From the human T2T-CHM13v2.0 reference genome, Homo sapiens, in the NCBI RefSeq assembly GCF_009914755.1, contig NC_060937.1: a stretch of 64,000 nt of DNA. One strand, given 5' to 3'. Position numbers and translations under genes: made by a program. Positions 40,379 to 53,955 of this stretch are shown here, piece after piece (the first letter of the stretch is position 1; the number at the start of each line of letters is the position of its first letter). Under the pieces are notes generated by a model. That model had not been told where the DNA came from and did not search any database. It saw only the letters and a program-made list of their open reading frames with translations.

Positions 40379-42228
40379 TCATATATCTAGCTGCCTAAAA
40401 TGGAAACTAGTTCATTTAAAACAAATGGATTTATTTTATTCAAAGAGGTTTCATGGATATATAAGTGTCTAATTTGTGACAATTCAGCAAACTGTCTTCT
40501 TCTAATGACTGCTTTTTTCTATGTGTATTCAATACTTCAATAAATATTAAAATAGAAAAAATAATTTACAATTTTAATTATTTTACCAGATCTTCAAATT
40601 GTTCATCGTTCATACTAACACTATCCTTTTTATGATTTATTTTATAAAGGTTTCTAAATTTGTCATTTGTAATTATTTTTCTTTTCACCTGTGGAAGTTG
40701 GGTAGACAAGTAATAATTCCCTAGGCAAAATATATAAGGATACTTCACTGGGGAAACCCATAACACTACAATTTAAGACATTTGTTTCTTCCTAAGAAAA
40801 GTTAAACAAGAAAATTTGTAAATGTTCTCACCATAACTTTCAAGACATACTTTCCGGATTTTGTATTATTTTTCCATTTCAGCAGAAGATGTCAGGAATC
40901 ACTGTGGTTAAACCTTTGGGATTTTATCTTTTCTCACCAAATTTTACTACATTGATTTAGGTTGCAATTATCTCACTATGATTTGTAGATATAAAATATT
41001 GCTGTGTCTTAAGTCTATTTGACTTATTTTTTTTCTTTTTATTAAAGTGTAGTCTAGTACAAAAATAAACAAAAAAAAATCAAGAAAAGGGGCGGGATAC
41101 ATCCATGCAATTTTTCTCTTCAATTCAAATCACACTCAATCAATTGAATATAGTCTGACTCTTTGAAACAGAACAGATAAGCAGAACTGCTTGTGTTGTA
41201 TAATGATGTTATCTGATAGCAGTTTTCCTGTTTCCAGCACTTCATGTGCCATGAGACTTTCCTTCTATCTTGAAATGAAACCAGGGAAGCCCACTCAGCA
41301 CTTTCACAGCTTTGAAATATATGCCAGAATTATTCTTCTGACAACCCCCATTACCTAAAACCAAGGCATTCAAACAAATGTGACATAAATGCAGTTACAC
41401 TTCTCACTACCACCATCCGCCATACTCACAAATATAAATGTTATCTGGAATATTAGCATCCTAAAGGAGGCAGTGTTTTACATGATATTTTCAGGACTTC
41501 GCCATCTGGGTCAACAGTATACTTTCTAAAGAATTTTTAAGATGACATCATAAAGAACTGATATAATTGAACTTTTATATTAAAACTTCAATACTGACAT
41601 GAAATCACTATTTGGATATATATTTAAGCCAAGAAAATGCCTCATGTAGTTATGCTGTAACATTGTATAAAAGAAGACTTTAAAACATGAATTTTACTGC
41701 AAAATGTCATGTTCACTCTGCAGGCATCTTGCTAAGATGATCAACTGAATTCAAGGGATGTCTCTAGGATATCTTCAGATAGAAACCATTTACCACATTT
41801 GAGTTCTTGGTGAAAATTCAGAGACATAACACAATATTTATCAAAAATACTATTGGTAGAGATCACGCCATAAAAATTTGCTAAAATTAAACAGACTAAT
41901 TACCTTGGTAATTAACATCAATAGACATGAGGCCATCTAGATTATTCATAATAAAGTGAATACTGAAATTGTACACCACTCAGATTGATAAGGAAAACTG
42001 ATTTAGAATACTAATATTCTCAATAATACTCATAGAAAAAAAGTGTTATTTTTATTTCAGCTGTCCAAAGCCTTTTAATTTTTTGGAAGATTTTTTTCTA
42101 CCAAGATGTTGCAGTTATGTATCCTTTAACTTGCTTTTCATTTTGACACATTGGCTACTGCAACTTGCTCAAATATATTGTCTTTCCCTCTTCCCATTTA
42201 GTGTTATTTTAAAAACACGGAGAATGAA

Positions 42229-42606
42229 TGTTATGGGCTGAATTGTGCACTGGCTTCCAAACGTATATTTTGAAGTGTTAAAACCTCAGTACCTCAAAAT
42301 GTAATTATATTTGGAGATAAGATCCTTAAAAGATAAATTAAGTAAATAGTAGTCTTGTAGGGTGGGCCTAATCTAATATGACTGGTGTGTTTTTAAGAAG
42401 ACTAAGTTTGTACACACAGTGACACCAGACATGTACATCCACAGAAGGATGGCCATGGAAAGACACAGTGAGGCCTCAGAAGAAACTAAGCCTGCCAACA
42501 ACTTGACCAGGACTTCTAGTTTTCAGAACTATAAAAAAGCAATTTCTGTTTTTTAAGCCACCCTATCAGTGGTATTTTGTTACAGTAGCCCTAGCTCACT
42601 AATACA
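42229..42606 (+). mobile_element. MLT1B MaLR solo LTR
   Basis: TGTTATGGGCTGAATTGTG...GTAGCCCTAGCTCACTAATACA. Confidence 0.85.
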
Positions 42607-43169
42607 GTGAGGATGTTTTTTTGGGACACATAGTATGTACCAGGCGCTTTCTTTGTGGAAGAGTGGAAGAATTTAGCAAATTCCAGGAAATATTTTTGTG
42701 CTTTCTATCTGGCTTCCCTTTGACGTCATAATCGAATTAGTTTTTGTACACAGTTTTAAGCTATCGCTTCGCAGTACCAGGCATTTTCTCGCTTCTACTC
42801 CCCTGTTGTGGAGGTGTCTGTTATGGAATATGTACCTGGAATAATCTTCTCATTTTCTGGAGATTTAAACTCTCAAAATAACTAAAAAATTCCACTATCT
42901 TATAAATCCACATAATTTTTACTGCCATATAGCTTTTATTTATGAGGTGAAAACATTGGTATCACAGTAGTGACACATACAAAATAGTCTTTTACCTAAT
43001 TTCTTTTCTCATTAGTGTCAGGTTGACTGTTTACTTATTAGTTATTCAGTTGTTGCACATTTTAAGAATAATATTTCTATATATTCCATATAAACAAATT
43101 AATGTGTGGAACAAATGTAATAATTTTAAAAAGAAAAAACAAGATAACCCTAATGGGAAATAATACATT

Positions 43170-43271
43170 TATATATTAATATATGTATATATATATATAC
43201 ACATATATATACGTATATATATACACGTATATATACGTATATATATATATACGTATATATACGTATATATA
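43170..43271. repeat. (TA)n/(TATATACG)n microsatellite containing a perfect 40-bp palindrome
   Basis: 43225-43264 reads ACGT ATATAT ACGT (AT)6 ACGT ATATAT ACGT. Confidence 0.92.
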
Positions 43272-43374
43272 ACCTAGTAATAGACACTTACCATGTACTA
43301 CAGCCTATGCTAATAATACTAATAATTTTACAATAAATTTAGAAATATTATTTATATATTATTATCTAATACTT

Positions 43375-43590
43375 AAAGCACTTACCATGTTTCATGGTCT
43401 ACATTAAGAATATATATGCAATATTTTAGTTAATCTTTTTTTTACTGAAGAAAATGTTTTCAGAATAGTAGAGAGGATCTTAAAGAGTTAAGTAACTTGC
43501 CATGGGTACAAATCTTTGTGTCATTGTTGGGATTCAAATACATTGCTTTGGACTGGATAACAGAAATATTCAAACATTAGTCTACACTGC
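43375..43590 (-). mobile_element. MIR fragment
   Basis: AGAGTTAAGTAACTTGCC...GGGATTCAAA is the MIR core. Confidence 0.55.
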
Positions 43591-45344
43591 TATTCTATAT
43601 TAAGTCAATAGATACTAGGAAAAAGGCCACACATAAAATTATAACCATTACACCCAAGAAAATTAAAGCAACATTTGTTTCTGTCTCTTTGTTAAACCAT
43701 ACTGGAACCATGGATGCTTAATTTTCCTGTGTTAAATACTGCCGATGACCAGAAATACCTTAGCTACTGTGTTTCAGGGGGAAAAAATGCTGATCAAAGT
43801 TGCAACTGTGAACTCCCTCAAATAGCTTTCTTAATAATGCTAATAATAGCTTGTTTATCAAGACTTGCTTGAAGATTTTTGCTTCAATGTGTCATCTTTA
43901 GAACAAACAACAAACAACAACAACAACAAAAAAAAAAAACAGAAAGAAAGAAAACTGCCATAAAAGTCTGTGCAATATCACTCAGTCTTTTGCTTTGCAA
44001 GAGCCGTCCTAAAATGTCTTACTCTAGGCCCTAAGATTTTATCATTATCCTCCTTCTGGGTCTCCATTTGAGATACCACTAACACAGTCTCTGTGGTTTT
44101 CTGCTGTATAAAATATTTGACTAATACAAATAACTATTTAACAGTTTTTTTCTGATGCCTTTTAGGAAGTTTTCAGTTAACAGGCATATAACATACATAA
44201 ATTTTATGTTTCACTTTGATAGAAAGTGTTTTCAATGGACTTATTCATTAGTACTATATTTATAATAACTGTTCTAGTTCACCGGCAATAATATAAAGCA
44301 TCAGAGCAAAATATCAAGAGCATATGCAAGAAATGTAAATTATTTATTAAAAAGACCATTGATATTTAGGAGGCAGAAAATGTATCTCATTTGTTAGGAG
44401 CACTGAATTTGCAATATGTGGATTAAAATGAGACTGGGAGGAAAGTAAAAGATATCAATTTATGCAACAGTTTAAACACTTTACCCAAAATTTATGAAAG
44501 TGAAATTGCCCTAGGGGAATTTGTTCACATAAAGAACTAAATATACCTTTATTTTGTTTAAGAAATTATTCCTTATTGATCTATTTCAAATAAATTCACT
44601 AGATATACTGGAACTATGAATTAATTATTCCAGAAGAAATTTTTGTGTGTATGTGAACAGGAGAGAGAAAGACAAAGTAAGGGAAAATTTTTTAGTGAAT
44701 AAAACTTTGTATTAATAAACCTTGAGAAATTTGAGGTTACAAGTATCAATGTGTTTGCCTAAAGCATCTTGCCTACTATCACACTTCATAAGATATATCA
44801 GTTTCATTTTTACATAAGATTTTTAAAAACATATTTACTTATATATCTTGGCCAGTACTGTCTTTATTTTAACACTGCAAGTCCCAGAGACCAGGAAACC
44901 TCCCATCCCTTCCAAAACAAAGCCTCATATTCACTCTATAATATTCAGCATACAAAGAACAAATCTAAAAGGCATATATGTGTTTTTTCGGATATATCAA
45001 TGGAAATGATGAAACTGTAGAGAGCTTATTTTTAGTGTTTATTTATTTAAATAAGTTGCATTTTTATACCAATTTAAATCATGTATTAGTGTTCAAGACA
45101 TGGGGCAAAAAGTCATGTACAAATTTATGAGTTCTCCTCAACATTGATATGAATCAAATGAAAATAGCAGAAATGTATATATGTTCACATTTGTTTTATT
45201 ATTTTATAAATGCAAAGAAGTTCTATTGTGTTTTCAAAAGGATATAAAAGGACCAATATAACAATCTATACATTTTCTTATGTTCTTTCAGAAGCATTTA
45301 TAGGAGTAGACAAACATCTTTAATGTATTACACTGACAACTTTT

Positions 45345-45840
45345 TAAAAATTATTTTTAATTGACACATAATAATAGTACATGTTTATGAGGTACAAGGT
45401 GATATTTCAAAACCTACATGCAATGTGTATCAATCAAATCAGAGTAATTAGCAATCCATCACTTCAAACATTTATTATTTCTTTATGTTGAGAATATTCA
45501 AATCTGCTCTTCCATTTGAAAATATACTATTGGTTGTTGTCTATTACAGTCACTAAATAGTGCTATGGAACACGAGAACTTACTTCTGCTATGTAGCTGT
45601 ACTTTTACACCCATTAACAAATCTCTAGCTATCCCCGACATACCCTTCCCTTCCTAGCCTCTAGTAACCACTATTTTACTCTCTACTACTGTGAGATCAA
45701 CTCTTTGAGCTTCCACATAGGAGAGAGGACATGTGATACTTATCTTTGTGTGCCTGTCTTATTTCACTTAACAGCCCACAAGCTAATACATATTGCAGCT
45801 AATGACAAAATTTTGTTCTTCTTTATCACTAAGTAGTGTT
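45345..45840 (-). mobile_element. L1MA (MA4-7-like) 3' end
   Basis: TTTAATTGACACATAATAATAGTACATG...ATCAAATCAGAGTAATTAGCA...CCTCTAGTAACCACTATTTTACTCTCTAC. Confidence 0.85.
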
Positions 45841-47431
45841 TTAAACAATGGCAACATTTCTCTTATGACACTTTTATGGCAAATAAATAATATAGTTGTA
45901 TTTGTTACAAATTAAAATATGATTATCTTCTTGGGCATAGTTTCTCAAATTTGCATAATAATAAAAATCAATTGAGCATTTCTGAAAGTACTTCTTCCCA
46001 GAGCCCACCCCAGGCAAAGAGGCTCAAAATCAATTAAAAATATTATTATTTGTAAATTGACTTCTCTTAGCCTAAAAATAAACACTTTCAAAATGTGTTT
46101 TCTCAAACATGAATAATTAATTCATAATGTGGGCTCCTCTTCCAATCATAAATCAAGTTTTCGAAAGAATGATCCTGAAAATTAGGAAAAGCAGTAATAA
46201 TAAGAATAGTCTCAGGTTTAAGTTAAAGTAAATTATTATTTTGCTATCAGAATGAGGGGCCGCATGCAAAAGCCTAATAGATAAAATTCAGTCAGTACAT
46301 TGCCACGTATATATGTGAAATTAAGGCTTCTTAAAGAAAAGAATATGTAATATCTATTGATACTTATTTAGTGTACTGAGCTATAGAAATTTCTTTGGTT
46401 TCTGGGAGTTTCAGTATTAAAACTGAGACAGCATCAGCCAATGAGGAATAGCAATTGCTACATTAATTGAATGACTGATGTAAGCAATACTATATAGAAA
46501 ATAAAGATTGCTTTTTGCAACTTATAGAGTACAGATAAATTAAGACCTATTAGATGACAGTTTTGTAACTAACACACATTAAGGGAAATAGTGAAATTTT
46601 TCTTCATTTCCTATGTGAAAAATACAGATTCAGAAAATAAATAATTCATTAGAAATCTCATTAAAAATTCATTCATAAAATAACTCATTAATAAGTGTCA
46701 GACCTCAGTTTGGGAGATTCAAAAGCAAGTGCTGGAATATTCCAGAACACTTGCTCTGAGTAGGCGTGAGAGATCATTAAATAAATATTGTAGCAGATTT
46801 CTACCACTCCAAGTCACTCTTGTCAGATGAAGCTTTTGACAGTAATTGTTTTGTAAATGCATCATAGTGAAGAACTGAGGAAATGAGAAGAAACTGTATA
46901 TTCAAATGTTCTACAAGGATAAATAAATGCTTTAACATTTGAAAAAAATGTATTGACTGTGCCAGATTTTTATTAGTTTATACCTGTGTGGAAAAACAGG
47001 ATGAAATATGTAACAAATATTTTATGCAGTAATATTCGTGATATTTCAATTTATCTGTTTCATGATTGGCCATATTTATTCAAATAGAGTTTTGATGACA
47101 AATAAGTATTTATTCTGACATATTCAATAGGCATTACTGTATTGCCTAATGTGGTTAGGTGTTTCTATATACAAGAGAATAATTAATTATCTTCCATCAT
47201 CATAACAATAACATTGTGAAAAACATCATTTATTTACAATTATGAAACTGAGCACAATATAAGAAAACTTTTAGAGTTTTCTCATTTTATACAACTATTA
47301 TGTAACAAAACAAGATTTCTATACACAACTTGCTTTTTACATAATCAGTGCACATGTCCCCCAACTGAATTATTTTCAACTATAATATCATTCAGGCAAA
47401 AGTCATAAATCAAAAGAATCATATCTGCAAT

Positions 47432-48790
47432 ATTGTTTTAGCTGGAAGTTATTAGGCAATACTTCTGTAATAACAACAAAATGCAGTCACTTGCCACAAA
47501 GGTTTATTTCCTGCTCTGGCTGTGTTTTCATTGTTGGTCAGCTGACACTTCTGTGTCATCATTACCCTGTAATAAAAAAACGATAGAACGCCTTCATCTG
47601 TATTATGCCCAATTGTCCTGGCAGATAAAAAGAAAATAAAAGAAAAAGAAAAAAAAGAAAAGGTGACTATGGTGGGTCTCATATTGTTACAGGATTCCTT
47701 TGGTGCCACTTTGCCAGCTGGGAATCTCTGTGGCCAGCACTGCCTGGAAATCTCTGTGGCCACGGCTGCCTCTGGCCTGGCCTTTCTAGGGCCAGCTGGA
47801 CTCGCTCTGCCTGCTCAGCCCAGCAGCCTGCACTCAGTTCACTCCCTGGCCCGGATCCCATGACTGCCTTGGCTCTATGCTCAGCTTGAGCCTGAATCAG
47901 GCGTGCTGTGAGTGGCTTCTGTATAGGGCGCAGGCGTCTAGAATAGGCGAAGGTTGGTGGTGCCCAAAACCTCAGAGATGCCAGCAATCGCGGAGCCCCA
48001 AGTGGTGTTACAGCTCTTGCTTGGGGAGTCCCAAGGTTTGGGCCCCAAGAAAAGTTGCAGCTCTTTACTCTCGTAGCTCAGCCAGTGGGAGCGTGTTATA
48101 GCTGTCTTTCTCCTGTAGTCCGGTGAGCAGGAATGTGTTATAGCTCTTTCATTCCAGCCGCCCACAGCTGAGTGAGTTCCAAGTTCTTGTCCTGTGACCA
48201 AGAGGAATAAGGTGTGTGGACACTGGAGAGTAAGTAAGGCAGAGAAGAATTTTATTGAGCGACAGAAGGAAAGCCCTCAACTGTGAGAAGGGACCCTGAA
48301 AGTGGGTTGTCATCTGTGAGGCTGAGTCTGGGCTTGTCTGGGTTTACAATGGGAGAATGTGTGCTGATTGGTCCATAGGTGTTCTTTGAAAAAATCACCA
48401 TCCAATTGGTTAAAAAGCATCATCCGGAAGGAACCAATCAAGAGAGAGAAGGTAAGCTGGGGATAGAACTTCTAACTCTGATCATGAACTCTATCTGGAA
48501 CTAGCAGCTCGGTTTTCAGGCTTTAAACTGTCTTCGGCTTGAAGGTCGGGTTTCACCAGGGACTCATCCCTGTTTGCCTAGGAGTGTGTCTGTCTCGTGT
48601 CACTGTCAATATTGGCATTAATTATTTAAAGATGCTGGCTTCAAAAAGAACTATTCCATCAGCACATTCAGTTCCTTGCCCAGCATTTGCCACAAAATCC
48701 CATAAACCTACAAGGTAGATTGGAAGTGCAATCTTACCAGGTGCTTCAGATAAATCAAAACAGAATATTTACCAAATACCACATTAACTG
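47432..48790 (-). mobile_element. Old MLT1 (K/L-like) LTR split by the ERV1 LTR at 47685-48608
   Basis: CAAAGGTTTATTTCCTGCTC on the left and GGAAGTGCAATCTTACCAGGTGC on the right. Confidence 0.5.
47685..48608 (-). mobile_element. ERV1 solo LTR, LTR28-like (LTR27/LTR28/MER52 group)
   Basis: TGTTACAGGA...CACTGTCA. 4-bp TSD ATAT at 47681-47684 and 48609-48612. Antisense AATAAA (TTTTATTGAG), CCAAT boxes, GC-rich. Confidence 0.85.
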
Positions 48791-49413
48791 GTATAAGTTT
48801 ATTATTATGAGATTAAGGCCCATATACCATATCTCACCTCTTGTCTGATTATTAAGAGATGCCATTCTCCCAACCAGCCAAATGAAAAAACATGAAAGAT
48901 GTCCCTCTAAGTTAAATGATTTGTATTTTTTTTTCTGTTGAGGGCTTCAAGAAATTATATTGAATGAGAAAAACAAAAATAGTTAAAGGTCATTTACTAG
49001 TTTCCTGCTATAACTGACGTCTTTGCATTGTGGACGCTTAGGTTATGAGGAGCATATATAAGGAAGTATGGAAAATAAATAACTAAAATTAACATTTTAA
49101 GATATTTTCTGACTCCATAAATAAAGTCAAGGTTCCGAAAGAGTATATAACAAACTTATAGTATTTGTCTCTTCTGGGAAGTAGCAATGAAGGTGTGAGA
49201 AGAGAATGTTATGCTTTGCTGCATTATATCATATATATAATTTACAATAACTTCAGGTATATTTAAATTCAAAAAATAAATGAATGAAGGAAGGAACAAA
49301 AATAATAAAGACTAAGTAAATGAAAGATATAAATATGACTAAATAAAATTATATGGGACAAAGAATGAAAAACATGGCATTTAATACTTAAGCATTTGGT
49401 TTTTATTCCATAG

Positions 49414-50488
49414 TATAACCAAAAGTTGGGATTCATCCCAATGAATTTAAAGGTTAACTTTGCCAAGGTTAAAGACCATGGCTCATGACACGGCCTCAGG
49501 AGGTCCAAGTCTGAGAGTATGTGCCCAAGGTGGCTGGGTTACAGCTTTGTTTTATACATTTTAGAGAGACAGAAGCTACAGCCAAAGACACAAATCCATA
49601 CATGTAAGATAAATAATGATTTGGCCCAGAAAGACCAGACATCTGGAAGTTGGGGCTTTCAGGTCATAGGAGGATCCATAGGTGGATTTCATGATTTGTT
49701 TTAATGTTAATGCTGGTCAGTTGTGTTTAAACTCTGTAAACCAAAAAGTACTTCAGACAAGTCTCAATCAATTTAGAAAGTTTATTTTGCCAAGCTTAAG
49801 GATGTGCCTGAGACACAGCCTCAGGAGGTCCTGACAATATGTGCCCGAGGTGGACAGGTTACAGATTGGTTTTATACATTTTAGGGGTCATGAGACATCA
49901 ATCAATATATGTAAGATGTACATTGGTTTGGTCTGAAAGGCAGGACAATTCAAAGTGGGGAAGGGGCTTCCAGCTCATAGGTAGATAAGAGGCAAATTGT
50001 TCCATTATTTTGAGTTTCTGATTAACTTTTCACTGAATATACAATTTACAGAAATAGTCACTTGTGCTTTTGTCTGGCTTAGTGAAACAGTGGAACAAAG
50101 GAAGCAATTGGGTATGCATTTGTCTCATGTGAGCATAGGGATGACTTTCTGTTCTGCTTGTCCTTTGTCCACAAGGAATTTCCTTGTGGGCAAATTGTAG
50201 GGAGATATGTAGCTTTTTTGTAGCTATCTTATTTAGGAATAGAAAGAGAGGCAGGTTTGCCCGAAGCAGTACCCAGTCTGACATTTTTCACCGGGTTAGT
50301 GATGTTAGGGTACCGAGATTTATTTTCTTTCCACAACTCCAAAGGGAGAAGGGCATAATGAGGCATGTCCAACCCTCCATTTCCATCATGGCCTGAACTA
50401 GTTTTTCAGGTATCTTTGGGGTCTCCTTGGTAAAGAAGGGGGTCCATTCAATTGATTGAGGGGCGCAGAATTTTATTTTTCGTTTAAA
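49414..50488 (-). mobile_element. MER4D-like ERV1 LTR (host), internally deleted and interrupted by MER4A1
   Basis: TTTGCCAAGGTTAAAGACCATGGC...AATGTTAATGCTGGTCAGTTG|...GAATTTTATTTTTCGTTTAAA. TSD ATAG at 49410-49413 and 50489-50492. Confidence 0.82.
49735..50335 (-). mobile_element. MER4A1-like ERV1 solo LTR
   Basis: TGTAAACCAAAAAGTA...GATTTATTTTCTTTCCACA. 4-bp TSD ACTC at 49731-49734 and 50336-50339. Confidence 0.9.
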
Positions 50489-50854
50489 ATAGGCAGTAAA
50501 ATATCTTTTTAGGCTTCTAAGAAGGTTGGTAACATGATTAGATTTATACGCTACAAGATATATATAATATTATGCTGTATATTCAAATAAATAATGAAAT
50601 AGCAGTTAGTTGTCATTCAACCACTCTATGAAAAATGAATGACACATCTCCTTATGAATCTCTGTACTAACACGTCTAATTTTAAAAATATATTGAAATT
50701 GAGCAAAAGTGAGTTATCACAACCTAATTTCTACAATATCCTAAATGCTTACCATGTTCCAAGTACTAACTTATGTACATAGTAGCAAAGAAATATTAAT
50801 CATGTTAAGTAGCATTCATCCACATTAAATCTATCAGGCATACCAAGCAAGTTC

Positions 50855-51045
50855 AACACATTTAATCCTCACAATACTTCACTATAGCTGTAAGATGTAG
50901 GTATTACTAGCCCAATTTAATAGATGAGAAAAATAAAATTCAAAGAGGTTTAATTACTAGCCCAAGGTCACTACCTCAAGATTGGTCCACATATGAGTCA
51001 AGATCAAGTCTGTCTGTCCTCAAAAGACATAAGTTTCCCACTAAG
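50855..51045 (-). mobile_element. MIR fragment
   Basis: CATTTAATCCTCACAATAC...GGTATTACTAGCCCAATTTAATAGATGAGAAAA...GCCCAAGGTCAC. Confidence 0.7.
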
Positions 51046-51744
51046 TTTTACTATTTCTCTATTTTGATTTTTATAGTAAGAGCAAGTTGTTTTTTTTTCT
51101 CACATAAATTTTTACAATGGGAAAAAAGTAATCAGAAAAAATTGCTCATACTGCATAAAATGTACGTAGAGGACACTGAAGCTATTAGAATGTGTGTAAT
51201 TTCTTTATATTCATTTTGATTGCAGTACCAGAATAAGCTGATAACTTCGTTTCCAATTTGAATATGTAGTCACAGCAACATGTTATTTTCTGATGCCAAT
51301 GTTTTTGTTTTCTTTTGGAGAAAGAGTTCGATTTTCCCTTTTTTCTTAGACAAAAAAGTCTTGTACATTTCTCAAATATACATTACCCTTATGTTTGAAA
51401 GGAGGAGATGCAAGCAGCAGCAAACAGTCTGAAAAAATCAGCAATAAGTACAGTTCAGCTATTAGGCTAGGGAAAAATACTGACATATGTATTATGTTTC
51501 ATACAACCTAATGATTTTTTTTCCCAGAAACTAACTTTAGACTAAACAAGAAAACAATATTCCTTAGCTGTCACTTGAGAGAAAATTTGCCTTTAGTGAA
51601 AACAAAACTTTAGAAATAAACCCAATAGGACAAAATATACATGCTATAAAGACCTTTTTTTGAAATACCTTTTACTTTTTATTTTACATTTCCATCCAAA
51701 TCTCTAATTCAGATTCCAACTAGCCAATCTTTTTAACTTATTAT

Positions 51745-52480
51745 TGATATGGATAGGAGACAGGGAAATACTGGGTAAAAGAGGGCAGGGTCTCTGGCAA
51801 AGATTCCATCCTCAAACCTAAACCTGTGACCCTAAATGAGAACTTCACATCCTTCACATTCCCATTTTCCTGCCTGAGTGTTGCCTTTTGGCCCACCATG
51901 TCCCTCACCCTGTACCCACAAAGACCCCAAGCTTCACTGGCAGAGGAGCAGAGCAGCACAGCAGAGAAGGAGAGAAGAGAAGAAGCAGCTAAAACTCTAG
52001 AGGAGAAGAAACAAATGAGCCTTGGAGACTACAGATAGATGCAGCTTCACTCAGAGACCACCTTCTTCCTGCACCATCCCCTTTCCAGCTCCCTTTCTGC
52101 TGAGAGGCACTTCCACCTTTTAATAAAGTTCTCCACATTCATCACCTTTCAAACCATTCATGTGACCTGGTTCTTCCCGGACGCCTAACAAGAACCCGGG
52201 TACCAAGAGGGCAGGGTGTAAAAGGCTGTCAACTTGACTCTCCACTGAGCTGGTTAATACTTAGCCATCTGCAGACAGCAACTGCTAAAGGAGCATTAAT
52301 TGTAACAAACCCCTAGATGCTGCTGTGGGACTGGAGCCTAAAAGTGCTCACCTTGGCCCAGGTACCCGCTCACCTGAGTTCTCCCTGTCCCATGATGGGT
52401 TTGAGCACAGTGACTAGCCAAGTAAGGAAACCACACCCGTTGCAAGTCCCACAAGGGGTCAAGGAAACTCTCCCATCTCA
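51745..52480 (+). mobile_element. LTR1-family ERV1 solo LTR
   Basis: TGATATGGATAGGAGACAGGGAAATACTGGGT...GGAAACTCTCCCATCTCA. TSD TTAT at 51741-51744 and 52481-52484. AATAAA near 52122. Confidence 0.88.
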
Positions 52481-53479
52481 TTATTTCACAGAACATATGC
52501 CATTGTATTGGTGTATGACAGTTGATAATATTTTTCATCATAATAATCATCTATTAAATCTTCTATTTGCCTGTCTTCCAAGTAAGCATTATTTCTCATT
52601 TAAATCAAAATTAAAAGAATTGGTAGTGCATATCCCTGTACATTTATTTTGCATGATTTTTGAATTTTAAACTTTAAATTATGTCCTTGTTTCTAAGGTG
52701 TCCCTGATTCTACAATATATTGTTCACCTTTGTTTTATGTTTTATTTTATTCTCATAGATTACCATTATTTTATTCTTGTTCATTAGCCACATTAGATTT
52801 TACAGGTATTACATACACTAGCTGGAAACTTATTATGTTTGTGAAGAAGGATGCTTAATTGATGTACCGTGAAATACTAATCATAAATGGCAAGCTCTCA
52901 GGTGTTCACATTTACTCAGATCCTAAAGGGAGTAATGTAACTTTTTGTCTTATTTAATGACATTTTAAATGATGCTTTGTTGTGTAAACGTATCAATAAA
53001 ATCAAACCTTGAAACTATGTTCCAAAGTCTTGTAAGCCTAAGGAATGCCAGACAAATTAATGCAAAATGATATAGGTTAACAATATGGGAAAAAACACAA
53101 ATGATTTTTTTTAATAGTGGCACTTGCATAAGAAATCTGAATACACATGTAACTGTTCTTCCAAATATCAAACCACATGCAGTTTCAATGAAGATCATTT
53201 GTTTGTGTTTCTGTTTTTGTTTTTTTAATGCAGAAAGTCATATTGGAGCTAATAATTCTATCAGTTGGAAATCACATATCTCTTTTCTTTAAATATACAT
53301 GTCACTATCCAAAATTTTTTTATGTATTCACTAGAATAAATAACCAACACCAACACACAATTTTAAATCAGGTTATTTAATCAATATTTAAAAAATAAAA
53401 CTAAAATAAAAATCAAGCCTATATGGTAAGTGTAGATAAAAATGTCTAACAAATCCTAATTTTCACCGAATATAGTAAA

Positions 53480-53950
53480 TGTGATGCATGTGTGTAATTG
53501 AAGAGAGCACCTGAACAGGCTAAGTGTGAGCAATAAGACTGTCTATTCACTCAGGTGTGAGCGGGCTGAGTCCGAAAAGGGAGTCAGAGGAGGGTGGTGG
53601 GATTGGAGCTAGTTTTATAGGTTAGTGGTAAGCAGTGGAAAGTTACAGTTAGGGGCTGTTTATTGCAGGCAGGGGAAGAATGTCACAAGGTACATTATCA
53701 CAAGGTGGGAGGGGTCCCAGGGCACAGTGTCACAAGGTTGATTCATCAGTTAGGGTAGAGCAGGTTACAATGGTAGAATGTCGCAAGGTTGGCTAATCAG
53801 CTAAGACAGGAACTAGCGGCTTTTTCTTCTTTTGGGGTTTTCCTGTTGTCCCAGACTAACTGGCTCCAGGAGAACTTCTGGATGTGTACGTGTAGGTCAC
53901 AGGGGTCTCAATGGCTTGGCCATAGCTCAGCCTGCTCTGAGGACCTTACA
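53480..53950 (-). mobile_element. HERV-H/F-group solo LTR (LTR46-like; related to LTR7/LTR21/MER48)
   Basis: Reverse complement starts TGTAAGGTCCTCAGAGCAGGCTGAGC. GGGCTGAGTCCGAAAAG is shared with LTR7. 5-bp TSD GTAAA at 53475-53479 and 53951-53955. Confidence 0.82.
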
Positions 53951-53955
53951 GTAAA

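Noticed and set aside
47452-48201. GC-rich zone with several ORFs, resembling a CpG-island gene start
   Set aside because: Explained by the LTR28-like solo LTR bounded by the ATAT TSD.
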